DNA of 64,000 nucleotides from Anaerohalosphaeraceae bacterium (GTDB lineage: Bacteria > Planctomycetota > Phycisphaerae > Sedimentisphaerales > Anaerohalosphaeraceae), in NCBI GenBank assembly GCA_963675525.2, contig CAXXSL010000001.1, positions 160,001-224,000 of the forward strand, in the 5' to 3' direction. Of the stretch, positions 18,192 through 30,000 are shown in pieces (position 1 is the stretch's first letter; the number at the start of each line of letters is the position of its first letter). A program made the position numbers and the translations under genes. The notes under the pieces are model-generated. The model was given only the letters and a program-made list of their open reading frames with translations, was not told where the DNA came from and made no database searches.

Positions 18192-18392
18192 ATTTTGGTG
18201 GTTGTCACCTGTGCTCTTATCATTATACGCTCAAAATCAAGAATAGCCAAAGTGTTAAACTGGATGGAAATCTATCCAATGTTTATTTCAACTCAAACGA
18301 CTATGATCTTGTGTCCAATTCGTGTCACTTCTACTTGTTAATCACCCGCTTATTTATGCCATCGAAAGGGGGGAAGGCCCGTCTGTTTACAC

Positions 18393-21300
18393 TTACCATC
18401 CCGGTGTCGGATCGGCCGCTGTCCAGTTAACCGGATCATTGGTATAATTATTATTCGCCTGATCCGGGCGCAGATGGGTCAGGCTTTTGCCATTGCCGTC
18501 AGCCGGCTGGGTCCATTCGCCTTCGTCGTCATAATTGACACGGTCTTCGCGGATATAGTAGCGGCTTTGTTCGAACTCTTGGTCGCCGGGCATGGCTAAC
18601 TGAAGTTTTTCGCCTCCATTATCCAGGCTGCCGCCGGTCCATTCCATGATCACCGTTCCGGCCGGAACTCCCGAATACTTCGCACTAAAAGCCACAAGGT
18701 TCTTTACCAGAAGAATTCGCTGTCCAGCATCTAATTCCATGTCGACCGGAAATTCGAATGCAATGCCATCGCTGAATTTCCAGGGGATCCATTCCTCAAT
18801 ATGTACTGTGGGGCTGGAATAGGTACTGACAAAGCCGGCCGTGCGTACGGGTTGGGAACTGATATTCATCAACTCAAGGTACTCATAATCCTGATCACCT
18901 TGAACCGGTCCGGGATTATACATGATCTCACTGATGATAACAGGACCGACTTTGGGATAAGCATTGGCCGTACCCTTGGTCTGCGTACTCATGGGTACGA
19001 AATTCCAACCGCCGGTGCTTTTCTGGAAACGCCCGAACGATACGTTGGTTTGGGCCGCATCAAATTCTTCTTTTGTAAAGTAACCGGTCAGGTCTTCGCC
19101 TAGAGCAGACTGCAGGTAGAGTGTTTCCCCTCCCTCACTCAAGGCAAACGGAATTCGACAACCGGGATCTGAGTCATTATTGAACTGGCTTTCTTCGATC
19201 ACATAATAGGGGCTTGCCGGAGTCAGAACCACACCGGCAGGAATCTGATACTTCTTGCGGTCTGCATCCAATCCGAAGGTATCAGAGATAAACCACCCGC
19301 CGATGGAAATGTTCTCATTTGTCGTATTATGTAGCTCTATCCAGTCGGGCAGTCCTGCATGAGAATGCGACAGCACTTCATTGATCACAACAGCACCGGG
19401 CAAGGGAAGCTGTTCCAGAGGCGTCTCATTCCGTCCAGGGGTTCCGCCTCGGATCGCGCTGGGACGCCAGAGTTCTTTTTGCCCCCAGGATACATCCTGA
19501 GCTAAAAGAGAAATTTCATCCGGCGTTAATGCCCGGTCATAAATCCGTACATCGTCAATCGAGCCCTGGAAATAACGAGGGAAGTTTGCGGCAAAATAAA
19601 CGCCGATTTGCACATCTTCGGTCAATCCTGTATTGATCGGCTCATCCACAAAAGAACTGATCGTTTCAAGCTGGCCGTCAACATATAATTGAGCTTCCAA
19701 AATATCCGGACTGCCGTCGTTGGCGAGGACAACCGTGACATGGTGCCATGTATTGTCATTGATCAACGTGGAGCCGATGATGTTACCTCCCTGCACCTCG
19801 GCACGAAGCTGACCTCCGTCATGAACACGGATCACCCAGCGTCCACCATTATATTCTTGCCCCCAAGTCAGAATCTCTCCTGAGACCGAAGACGTTTTGA
19901 CCCAGGCGCTGCAGCTTCGGCTGGCACCACCAGAGATGCCTTTATAACCGGGAATTTCAACGTAATCATCTTGGCCATCAAAGTATAATGCCTTATATTC
20001 ACGCCCCAGAACACGTTCCGTATTCTGCATATTATGGATGATGCCGTGATGACTGCCGGGAGTACTATCCAGAACGGTTGTGCCATCATCTTCATTGAAA
20101 CTCCAGCAGGCAGCCAGATTCGTTTGCGGCAATGCTGTTTTTTCATAAAGAGGGTCAACAACCGTTAACGAGAAACCATCCCCGTCAGTGATATCATACC
20201 AGTCATCTTCAAAGTCAAGTGTTTGAATTTTATTGCCTGCCGAATTACGTAGTTTTAATGTTTCTCCGGAATCGTCCAGAGCACCCTCGTATTGGCCTGC
20301 GACAGGCAAGCCGGAACCATATTTACTTTCAAACACAGATGGGTTGCGAACAAGTAAAAGATAATTTGCCGGTTGAAGAACCACATCACCAAAGGTGTAA
20401 TCGATGCCCTCTGTAAAACTCACCCCGTTGAGGTTAATCGGTTCCGCCCCAACATTAGCCAGTTCAATAAACTCATCATTCGGGTCAGCGTTAGGATGGT
20501 ACAGCAGTTCAGAAATACGCAGGTATTCATCGACATGACCGATAATGATATTGGCCTGCCGCAATGCGCTCCAGGTACTTCCGTTCAATGTTCTGGCCTT
20601 CACAGTTATGCTTTTTTGTAATGAAATCGGAGTTGTATACTTCTGTGCTGCCGGTGAAATACCGACTCCCGAGCCACTGTATCCGGCCTGCAGTATGGGG
20701 GATATGATAAAATCCGTACTGGTTGTACCGATATTTAATCCGTGAATCGCCAAAATATTGTCGCCGGGCTGAAGAGCTGTAAGATAATCATTAATCGGAA
20801 TAACCACCAAATCGTAGTTTTCATGGCTGGATGAGGCAGATGAGTTCCATTCGGGTGTACCATTGAAACCCTGGCGGCACACTTCAATTCCATTGATATA
20901 AGCAACAAAGCCATCATCATAACGAATCGACAGGGTTAGATAATTCCAATTTACCATTTCCGCAGGGTCAACGGTAAAGGGTATTCGAATATAGGCGGTC
21001 GTACGATGGCTATACATTTCATCATCGACATCATAACTGATATAAGCTTTATTTCCCACCGCATCTTTTTCGTATCCGACACCGCCGGTTTTCGAGTTAT
21101 CGACGGGCAGACCGTCATTCCATAAGGAATCATTGAAATCCGTCTTCGACCGCCAGTTTGTACCGATATCGGCGGTCGGAATTAAGGCCCGCTTCGGGGC
21201 ATTTTCGGCTACCAGTGTCACCTCTGATACCCGCTCTAAAAGAGACAGGCGTGGATCTGTCCCGTCCAAGGTAAAATAGATATCGCCATTCTGCCCGGAG

Positions 21301-24296
21301 GCATTCTGAAAGGCCAGAAGGCTGTTTTCAAGTTCAGAATCTGTTTTGTCAACCTTCTGACCATTCAGAAAGATATCAGGGCCTTTGAAGGTGAAGAGTC
21401 CCTGGCTGATACATTGATCAAAGAAGATCGATTCACGGCCCGGGATGTAGGTGTAAGGAATATATTGATTGATATTGGGAATAACGCCGTCAACTTCGTC
21501 GGCCAGTTGCCAGAAAAGAGTGTCCATGAATTCTTTTCTCATAACACTGTCAGATTCCAGAAAATGTTTCTGGAGCCGGTCCGAAAATAACATCCGGAAA
21601 TCTTCATTGATTTTCAATGCCCGATAGAGTCTGGATAAGTAGCTGGATTCGCTGTTCAGGGTGCCAAAACGATCCCGATAAAGGTCATTATCCATACAGC
21701 CTTCGGCATCCCAAACAAAAAATCGCCATTTTCGATCCGTTGAACGTTCCGCCGTTGCAGTCCAGTTGTTTTGAGGCCAGTCCCAGTTGCCGCCCCAACA
21801 CTGTACGATAAGATAATCCACAAAGCCTTCAAGATCAAGCTGCTTGACCACCTCATGATAATAAACAGGATCTGCCAGATCATTCGTTTGAGCATAATTA
21901 ATAAACGCATTAAACGCCGTCATGTCACCATCAGTTGCTTCCAGAATGTTTTCCGGCTGGACCCAGCCGACAACATCCCACTCGCTTTTGCTGTCGTAGT
22001 ATTTCTGACAAAACTCTTCATCAATGCGTTCACAAAGATTGTAATATCCTTTATAGCTGCCGTTAACGAATAAATTGACAAATGTTCCTAGGCTTGCCTC
22101 ATGCCCCATATAATAATGCAGGCGACGGATCATTTCATCTCTGACAAAAGGATTCGTCTGATCGTTGTGGCCGGCACGCAGCACAATCGTATCCATTTTG
22201 TCGACATCAGGGAACTGCTCCAGAACAGGATGGCGGAAGAAACTGTCCCCGTAAACGCTTCGAAAATACAATCGAAAACTGTATTTACTCGAACCGGACC
22301 AGATACCGCTGGTGGGCAGTGTATATCGCGGACGCATCCATGCACTGCCATGTACCCGAATGCCGCAATCCTCCTGGAAATCGACGCTTAAGGGAGCATT
22401 GATATATTCCATTGAGACCGGTCGTTCATAATCTTTGCCGTGCCCTAATACGTTGTTGTAATCGGTCGAGCTGACCTTATACCAAACACCGTCCCCACCC
22501 CATGCACCTCCGACGATAGCCATGATTCCGTTTGGATTAAAAAAGGTCTGAGTCGGACTGCCGGAAAGACAAACAGCGGGCAACCCCTTCATTGTATTGT
22601 CTGCATTTAAGAGATAGGTCTTGGTCTTGATCACGCTGGTTTCATAGCCGGGTTTAAATGCGGCAGCTCGAACGCACAGACTTGACGTACCTGATGTCGG
22701 GACCGTTACGCTGATGGGAGAGATATAAGTGTTTCCGTTTGACAGGGTTGGGTCGGTTCCATTCAATGTAAACTGAATTACGGCATCTTCGGTTTCCGAG
22801 GCCAAGGTCAGTGAAAAGGAACTGCTGTAATAGCCTCGTTCATGACTGAAATCAGGTGCATCGACAAAACCCAGAAAAGACTCACGATTAAAATTTCCGG
22901 GAGTCGGTAATGAAAAATAATATTCCCCCGCATCTATCGTTCCGTATGAAATATTTTCTTCCTGTTCAGGAAAGCCGAAGACCCCGGAACTTGGATTCTG
23001 AACAGAATCATACGCGTGTTCTGTTGTCCCGCCGGGCCTCCCCAAAGCAAGGTATTCGCCGGAAGCCGACAATTTAAAGTTTGTATGCAGGTAGCCTTGA
23101 GGATCAACATATGGATAATTATCCGGGAAGTCGTCCTGTTTTTTCCCCGAAGCGAAAACAAGTAGAAAACTGCGCCCTTGAATGATTGTATTTTGGGGAA
23201 ATCTCCATTGAAACGGTTCGCCGGCGTCATCGCTGAGTGACCAATCGGCCAAGTCGACAGGAAAATCCGTTTGGTTATACAATTCAATCCAATCCGAGGA
23301 GTCGCCGTTTCCATCCAGAATCTGCCCCTCTTCCGTGACCGGCGGGTCATCCGAGTCATTCGATGCCAGAAATTCATTGATGATGATCTCGGGTTCTTCT
23401 GAATGCCATTCATAGGACAGAGATGCATAATCTTTGATATTAACGAGATTATCCGCATTCATATCGGGGTTGTGATAAAATGCTGAGCCGGACTGATAAA
23501 GTCGCAATGAATCTTCTGGCGTGAATGCCCGATCGTAAATCCGCACATCATCGATCAGGCCCTGGAAGTAACGGGGACCGCCGGCGGCTAAATACGCTCC
23601 GATTTTGACATCTTCAACCGAACCGCTATTAATCGGCTCATCCACAAAGGAACTGATTGTTTCAAGCTGACCATCAACATATAAATGAGCTTCCGCAATA
23701 TCGGGGTTGCCGTCATCGACGATCACAACGGTGACATGATGCCATTCATTCTCATTGATCAGCGTGGAGCCGATGATGTTACCTCCCTGGACTTCGGCTC
23801 GGAGTTGGCCTCCTTCATTCACACGAATAACCCAGCGCCCGCCATCATATTCCTGGCCCCACGTTAGGATCTCACGGGAAACCGAAGCGGTTTTGATCCA
23901 GGCACTGCAGGTTCGGCTGGCACCACCGGAGATGCCTTTATAACCGGAAATTTCAACGTAATCATCTTGACCGTCAAAAAAAAGAGCACCCTGCCTATAT
24001 CCTTCAGAAGGCATCCATTGGGGGTCGCCGTACAATAAGCCGTCATAACCATTGATATCTTCAACCGCCGTCTCGCCTGTGAATTCGTCGAGTCTCCATC
24101 TGGCTACCAAATCAGGGTCTACAGGAAGTTCTGAAGAAAGCCAATAATCGGCGAAAATAAGCAGATCAGACATGTCAACGATACAGTTGCCTGAAAGGTC
24201 GGGAAGAGGACAATCTGATACCGCAATCATCGATAAACAGGCGATAAAACAGCATATGATGACACTGCCAACACAAGACTTCTTTTTATCAGGCAT
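18393..24296 (-). CDS. Large secreted protein: dockerin-like, LamG x2, lamin-tail domains, Fn3-associated domain, CotH kinase
   Basis: IINEF/SDWIELYN and ISEIMYNP (LTD); FTLNGTDPT; GIRVHG, GYYNLCERID, DWPQNN, WDAE (CotH); two LamG copies with YF.G.IDDVRIYDRA. Confidence 0.85.
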   Translation of the reverse strand: MPDKKKSCVGSVIICCFIACLSMIAVSDCPLPDLSGNCIVDMSDLLIFADYWLSSELPVDPDLVARWRLDEFTGETAVEDINGYDGLLYGDPQWMPSEGYRQGALFFDGQDDYVEISGYKGISGGASRTCSAWIKTASVSREILTWGQEYDGGRWVIRVNEGGQLRAEVQGGNIIGSTLINENEWHHVTVVIVDDGNPDIAEAHLYVDGQLETISSFVDEPINSGSVEDVKIGAYLAAGGPRYFQGLIDDVRIYDRAFTPEDSLRLYQSGSAFYHNPDMNADNLVNIKDYASLSYEWHSEEPEIIINEFLASNDSDDPPVTEEGQILDGNGDSSDWIELYNQTDFPVDLADWSLSDDAGEPFQWRFPQNTIIQGRSFLLVFASGKKQDDFPDNYPYVDPQGYLHTNFKLSASGEYLALGRPGGTTEHAYDSVQNPSSGVFGFPEQEENISYGTIDAGEYYFSLPTPGNFNRESFLGFVDAPDFSHERGYYSSSFSLTLASETEDAVIQFTLNGTDPTLSNGNTYISPISVTVPTSGTSSLCVRAAAFKPGYETSVIKTKTYLLNADNTMKGLPAVCLSGSPTQTFFNPNGIMAIVGGAWGGDGVWYKVSSTDYNNVLGHGKDYERPVSMEYINAPLSVDFQEDCGIRVHGSAWMRPRYTLPTSGIWSGSSKYSFRLYFRSVYGDSFFRHPVLEQFPDVDKMDTIVLRAGHNDQTNPFVRDEMIRRLHYYMGHEASLGTFVNLFVNGSYKGYYNLCERIDEEFCQKYYDSKSEWDVVGWVQPENILEATDGDMTAFNAFINYAQTNDLADPVYYHEVVKQLDLEGFVDYLIVQCWGGNWDWPQNNWTATAERSTDRKWRFFVWDAEGCMDNDLYRDRFGTLNSESSYLSRLYRALKINEDFRMLFSDRLQKHFLESDSVMRKEFMDTLFWQLADEVDGVIPNINQYIPYTYIPGRESIFFDQCISQGLFTFKGPDIFLNGQKVDKTDSELENSLLAFQNASGQNGDIYFTLDGTDPRLSLLERVSEVTLVAENAPKRALIPTADIGTNWRSKTDFNDSLWNDGLPVDNSKTGGVGYEKDAVGNKAYISYDVDDEMYSHRTTAYIRIPFTVDPAEMVNWNYLTLSIRYDDGFVAYINGIEVCRQGFNGTPEWNSSASSSHENYDLVVIPINDYLTALQPGDNILAIHGLNIGTTSTDFIISPILQAGYSGSGVGISPAAQKYTTPISLQKSITVKARTLNGSTWSALRQANIIIGHVDEYLRISELLYHPNADPNDEFIELANVGAEPINLNGVSFTEGIDYTFGDVVLQPANYLLLVRNPSVFESKYGSGLPVAGQYEGALDDSGETLKLRNSAGNKIQTLDFEDDWYDITDGDGFSLTVVDPLYEKTALPQTNLAACWSFNEDDGTTVLDSTPGSHHGIIHNMQNTERVLGREYKALYFDGQDDYVEIPGYKGISGGASRSCSAWVKTSSVSGEILTWGQEYNGGRWVIRVHDGGQLRAEVQGGNIIGSTLINDNTWHHVTVVLANDGSPDILEAQLYVDGQLETISSFVDEPINTGLTEDVQIGVYFAANFPRYFQGSIDDVRIYDRALTPDEISLLAQDVSWGQKELWRPSAIRGGTPGRNETPLEQLPLPGAVVINEVLSHSHAGLPDWIELHNTTNENISIGGWFISDTFGLDADRKKYQIPAGVVLTPASPYYVIEESQFNNDSDPGCRIPFALSEGGETLYLQSALGEDLTGYFTKEEFDAAQTNVSFGRFQKSTGGWNFVPMSTQTKGTANAYPKVGPVIISEIMYNPGPVQGDQDYEYLELMNISSQPVRTAGFVSTYSSPTVHIEEWIPWKFSDGIAFEFPVDMELDAGQRILLVKNLVAFSAKYSGVPAGTVIMEWTGGSLDNGGEKLQLAMPGDQEFEQSRYYIREDRVNYDDEGEWTQPADGNGKSLTHLRPDQANNNYTNDPVNWTAADPTPGW

Positions 24297-24683
24297 TTTC
24301 AATTCCACCCCAACTCAAATGATTTCAACGCAAGATTGAAAAGTATTATCAGCAATCCGGTGTTCCCTGATCTAACGCCTATAAGTACAAAATATCCATG
24401 CCTCCACCCGAGCACTGTAAGTTTACAAAAATCAGCATGAAAAGTCAAGTATTCCCTTTTTTAGACGGATGTTATGGGACATTTTTCGACAACAAATTTC
24501 AGTCCAAATCCGAATGCTGTTCTTCGCTTCGCTGCTCCCGCAAGGGACTCTTTACGGCGGAACGGTAATTTCCTGGAAAGAGGTAATCCCATTTGAGTGT
24601 ATGAAGGCTCCTCTTTCTAGCTTTTTCCGAGCTATTCGGCTTCGGGTTGTAATCCCGTTGTAGTTGATTTCCTACATTGACCA

Positions 24684-25559
24684 TCAACCCTTTACTCTGC
24701 TTTTATAGCTGCGCGGGGACTGGCCTACGATCTTGGAGAAGAGGCGGGAGAAATAGTAGGGGTCTTTGTAGCCCAGGATATAGCTGATCTCTTTGATACG
24801 CATGCCTGTCAGATCCAGGTATTGACATGCTTTTTGAATCCGAAGGCGGTTATGGTAGTCGATGGGCGAGTAGCCGGTTTTCTTCTTGAATTCCGCAACA
24901 AAATGCGGCACGGAGTAATTGACGTGTTTTGCCAGCTGCTTTAACGACAGCGTCGTGGATAGTTTCTCCCGCATCAACGCGATCGCTTCATCAAGGCGGC
25001 TGGGGATATTTTTCTCATCCTTTGGCTCAAATGAATGCGGGTAGATGAACGAGCTGAGCAGATACCACAATGCCAGATTCGTAAATCGAATATGTTCCTG
25101 CGAATACCCCTTGTCGAGGGTATTATAAAGCTGCTCAAAAAGATTGACGCGATGCTGCGAAAACAGAATCGTTGCCGCGGGATAATTTTGTGCGCGATAA
25201 ACCTGCCAAAATTGTCGGGCAAAGCTTCCGGAGAAGTGAAACCAGTAAATCGTCCATGCGTTCTGGGCTCTTGCCCCGTAACTGTGATGTCGACCAGCGG
25301 GTAGAATGAAGTATTGATTTGCACGGACGGGTTGTTTTTTGTCCAGTTCATACCAGCCACTACCGGAAACACAATAGATCAGGATGTACTGGGGAAAAGA
25401 AAAAAGCCGTTCTACGTAATGGAAACGAGCATTTGGGAAAAATCCGATATCGGTCAGATAAAGATTCTCGGTCAACGGCGAAGAAGCGGTTTCATCAACC
25501 ACTTTTTGTGGCAAAACCAGCATTTTTTGGCCCGTAAAGCCTTCACGAATGCGCCGCAT
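24684..25559 (-). CDS. AraC family transcriptional regulator
   Basis: Cupin (YILIYC.SGSG, WTIYWFHF) plus HTH (GYKDPYYFSRLFSK..GQSP). Confidence 0.95.
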   Translation of the reverse strand: MRRIREGFTGQKMLVLPQKVVDETASSPLTENLYLTDIGFFPNARFHYVERLFSFPQYILIYCVSGSGWYELDKKQPVRANQYFILPAGRHHSYGARAQNAWTIYWFHFSGSFARQFWQVYRAQNYPAATILFSQHRVNLFEQLYNTLDKGYSQEHIRFTNLALWYLLSSFIYPHSFEPKDEKNIPSRLDEAIALMREKLSTTLSLKQLAKHVNYSVPHFVAEFKKKTGYSPIDYHNRLRIQKACQYLDLTGMRIKEISYILGYKDPYYFSRLFSKIVGQSPRSYKSRVKG

Positions 25560-25588
25560 GTCATGTCCTATAACACTAAATCATAATA

Positions 25589-25618
25589 TTGTCCATTATA
25601 TTCATTAAGTTGTCCATT
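25589..25618. promoter_or_regulatory. Putative AraC binding site: TTGTCCATT direct repeats with 21-bp period
   Basis: Copies at 25589 and 25610 in the divergent intergenic region. Confidence 0.55.
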
Positions 25619-25731
25619 GTCAATATGTTTTTTATTACTTATGATGTCTATCTGAAAAAAATGAAATGAAATTGGGAAGTGACGGCACCAAGGGAGGCAG
25701 TTGACTTTTACATATTAAAGAAAGATATCAT

Positions 25732-26995
25732 ATGAATTCACGTCAGCGCTTGCAGATGGTCCTTGAACACAAAAGTCCGGACCGATTGTGTGTGGATTTC
25801 GGCGCGGGAGGACAGACCGGCATAGGCTGCTGTGCCGTGCATCGACTTCGCGAGGCCGTGTTGGGCAAGAGCGACTACAAGGTTAAAGTCAGCGAACCTT
25901 ACCAGATGCTCGGTGAGATTGATGAGGAATTGCGGAAGGCCCTGGAACTGGATGTCGTGGGTGTCCATCCGCCCTGTGATATGTTTGGTGTACGTCAAGA
26001 GAGATGGAAGCCCTTTACACTGCCTGTTGACGGCACCGAAGTACTTGTGCCGGGCAATTTCAATTACACCAAAAACAGCAACGGTGATCTGCTGATGTAC
26101 CCCGAGGGAGATACGTCGGTTCCACCCTGTGCCAAAATGCCCAAGGATAGCTATTTTTGGGATGCGATCAACCGCCAGCAGCCGATCAATGAAAGCAAAC
26201 TTGATCCGGCGGATAATTGCGAAGAATTTGGGGGTATGTCCGATGTAGATGTGGAGTACTTTAAAAGCAACGTCGACAGGTATTACGAGAATACGGATGC
26301 GGGAATCTACCTGACGTTTCCGGGAATCGCGTTTGGAGATATCGCACTCGTGCCGGCAACATGGATGAAACATACCAAAGGCATTCGGGATGTGGAGGAA
26401 TGGTATATTTCGACGGCTATGCGTCGGGATTACGTGTATCAAGTATTTGAAAAACAATGTGAAATCGGCCTGGAAAACATCGAAAAGCTGGCCCCGGTTT
26501 TAGGCGATAAGGTGCAGGTTGTCTTTGTCAGCGGCACGGATTTCGGCACACAGCGGGGGCCGTTTATTTCCCCGCAAGCTTATCGGGATTTGTATAAACC
26601 ATTTCAGAAAGCCATCAATGATAAGATTCATGAGCTAACCAACTGGAAAATCTTTATTCATTCCTGTGGTGGGATCTATCCGTTGATCCCGGATATGATC
26701 GAAGCAGGATTTGATATTTTAAATCCGGTTCAATGTTCCGCTGAGGGCATGGACCCGATGCGACTCAAAAAGGAATTTGGCGATCAACTGGTCTTCTGGG
26801 GGGGGGGGGGTGGACACTCAAAAAACACTCCCCTTTGGTACTGCCGAAGAGGTTTATAAAGAAGTCAGCGAGCGGATCGAAATTTTCAGCGCCCATAGCG
26901 GTTTTGTTTTTAACAGTATTCACAATATCCAGAGCAATGTTCCGGTGGAAAATATCCTGGCCATGTTCAAAGCGATTAGTAAAGCTCGTTCGTGA
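25732..26995 (+). CDS. Uroporphyrinogen decarboxylase/MtaA-CmuA family protein, frameshifted at a G13 tract (26798-26810)
   Basis: GTDFGTQ, IHSCG, GFDILNPVQ, FWGGG|VDTQKTLPFGT...HNIQ; G12 would restore the frame. Confidence 0.85.
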
Positions 26996-27043
26996 TTCTT
27001 GGGCAGAGTATACTATCTTTAGCTACTCTTTTTAGGGAGATTT

Positions 27044-30000
27044 ATGATGAGATATTTTGTCTCAATTGTATTTGTTGCATTGCTTAGCTCATGTTTATTT
27101 GCTGCTGATGTCATTGACTTGTCCGGAACATGGAAACTTGCACTGGACCGCGAGGACGCAGGGCAACAGCAGAACTGGTTTGAGAAAACGCTGCCGGGAC
27201 AAAATGACGTCCAATTGCCCGGTTCGATCCAGGAGCAGGGATACGGTGACCGTCCGGGGCTTAAAACGCCTTGGACCGGCGATCTCAAACACGATGAATG
27301 GGAGGAACCGAGGTACGCACCCTATCGGACTGCTGATAATTTTAAGATGCCGTTCTGGCTTCAGCCGGACAAGTATTACAAGGGTGCTGTATGGTATCAA
27401 AAAACCGTTAAGATCCCGTCTTCGTGGAAGGACAAACACATTACACTGACACTGGAGCGGCCGCACTGGGAAACCCGCGTTTGGGTTGATTCAATGGCTG
27501 CCGGTTCAGCTAATTATCTTTCCGTGGCGCATACGTACGATCTGAGCGATCTCCTGACGCCCGGCGAGCATACGCTGACGATTCGTGTTGACAATCGTGT
27601 GATCATTAACGTCGGCCCCAATTCACACAGTATTTCCGATCATACGCAGTCCAATTGGAACGGGATTGTTGGTAAAATCGAGTTGCATGCCGAAGATGCT
27701 GCTTGGATCGCGGATGTTCAGATTTATCCCGATCTGGATAACAAGGCCCTCAAGGTTATCACACAAGTGGCCAGTTGTTCTGATAAAAAACAGATCTGTC
27801 AACTTGTTCACGAGGTTGCTTATGACGACAGGAAGGTGACCATCCATAAAACGACCGGCATTCAACTGACATCTGCGAGCACGGTCCATGAATGTGTGAT
27901 CCCCTTTACAAAGCCCATCCAAGCATGGGATGAGTTCAACCCAAATCTCTATTCACTGAAAACACAACTGAAAACCAAGTCCGATAGCAATGAGCATGAC
28001 ACCATATTTGGAATGCGTCAAATAACGACTGAAGGCAACCGCATCCTATTGAACGGTCGCCGGGTTTTTATGCGCGGGACGCTGGAATGCTGTATTTTTC
28101 CGAAGACAGGCTATCCCCCAACGGATGTCGATGCATGGAAACGAATTATCAATATCTGCAAAGCACATGGACTGAATCATATTCGTTTCCATTCGTGGTG
28201 CCCGCCGGAGGCGGCGTTTATCGCTGCGGATGAACTGGGCTTTTATTATCAGGTTGAATGTTCCTCGTGGGCCAATCAGGGAGCAAGCATTGGCAATGAA
28301 AAGCCCTTGGACGCATGGCTGTATGATGAAGCCGACGCAATTCTCAAAGCTTACGGAAACCATCCGTCCTTTTTGCTGTTTGCCTGTGGTAATGAACCTG
28401 CCGGTCCGGGAGGCGGAGGTGTTTATCTTGCAAAATGGGTTTCTCATTATCAACAAAAAGATCCCCGCCGGCTTGTAACCGGCGGGTCCGGCTGGCCGCT
28501 GATTGAAGAAAATGATTATCATGTAAGGTCCGAACCTCGTATTCAGCAATGGGGACAGGAACTGAAAAGTCGAATCAACAGCAAGCCACCGGAAACAATG
28601 ACAGACTATCGTGACTTCGTAAATCGTCACCCTGATCACCCGGTAATCTCCCATGAGATCGGCCAATGGTGTGTGTATCCGAATTTCGATGAAATCAAAA
28701 AGTACACAGGCGTTCTGAAAGCAAAAAACTTTGAAGTGTTCCGGGATTTTCTTGCACAGAAAGGCATGTTGGACCAGGCCCATGATTTTCTGATGGCATC
28801 GGGAAAATTACAAACGCTTTGCTATAAAGAAGATATTGAATCGGCCCTGCGGACTCCGGATTTCGGCGGGTTTCAGTTGCTCGATCTGCATGACTTCCCC
28901 GGCCAGGGAACGGCCCTTGTGGGTGTGCTGGATCCGTTCTGGGATTCCAAGCCCTATGTCGCTCCGGCCGAGTATAAGCGTTTTTGTGCCCCCATCGTGC
29001 CGCTGGTTCGCCTGTCTAAACGAATATTTACCTCATCTGATACGCTGTCAGCACAAATTGATGTCAGCCAGTTCGGACCAAGCGATTTGACGGATGTGAA
29101 CATCCGATGGTCGCTTCTGGACACGACAGGAAAGGCAGTCGAGCAAAGTGTTCTTTACAAAGACAAACTGTCCACGGGGGATTTATATACCATTGGCACC
29201 ATTACCGTCCCGCTTTCAGGTTTGCCAACGCCGGCCAGGTACTCACTTGAACTGGCGGTTGAAAACACAGATGCAGTTAATAATTGGGATATCTGGGTGT
29301 ATCCGGAAAGCGTTAATACGAAAATGTCGGAAGATATTACCCTTATGACAACTTTAGATGAAAGCACGGTTTCAAAATTAAATGAAGGCGGCAAAGTTCT
29401 TCTGGCTTTAAATCCGTCACAGGTCAACACCGACGTTAAACTCGGCTTCTCGTCGATTTTCTGGAACACGGCATGGACCAGCGGACAGGCACCGCATACG
29501 TTGGGCATCTTGTGCAATCCAAAGCATCCGGCTCTGGCCGAATTTCCAACTGAATACCACAGCAATTGGCAATGGTCCGAGCCGATCCAAAATGCGGCTG
29601 TGATGGAAATGGATCATCTGCCGACAGAACTGAAACCGATTGTTCAGGTTGTGCCGGACTGGTTTGATCCGAAAAAGCTCGGTTTGGTGTTCGAGGCTAA
29701 AGTCGGTTCCGGTTCGATGCTTGTGTGCAGTGTGGATATTCTAAACGATCTTGATAATCGGCCCGTGGCGAGACAATTAAAACATTCCTTGCTCAACTAT
29801 ATGCACTCCAAGGCATTTAAGCCCAAAAATGAACTGGATGTTAAATTACTTCAGTTACTGTTCCGCCAGCCTGCAATTCTCGAAAAACTAAATGGAAAGG
29901 TTATTCACACAGACTCCTTTGAACCGAGTTATGAAGGTTCGAATGTAATAGATCAGGACCCGAGGACCTTCTGGCATACGCAATGGTTAGATCAAAAACC

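Noticed and set aside
19520..23979. DGR template/variable repeat pair (LamG duplicates), with the RT fragment at 35089
   Set aside because: Mismatches are not adenine-specific, both copies are coding, and the RT fragment is group II intron-like and incomplete.
24310..24680. Riboswitch or small gene in the intergenic region
   Set aside because: No recognisable aptamer consensus or credible ORF by eye; an Rfam search would be needed.
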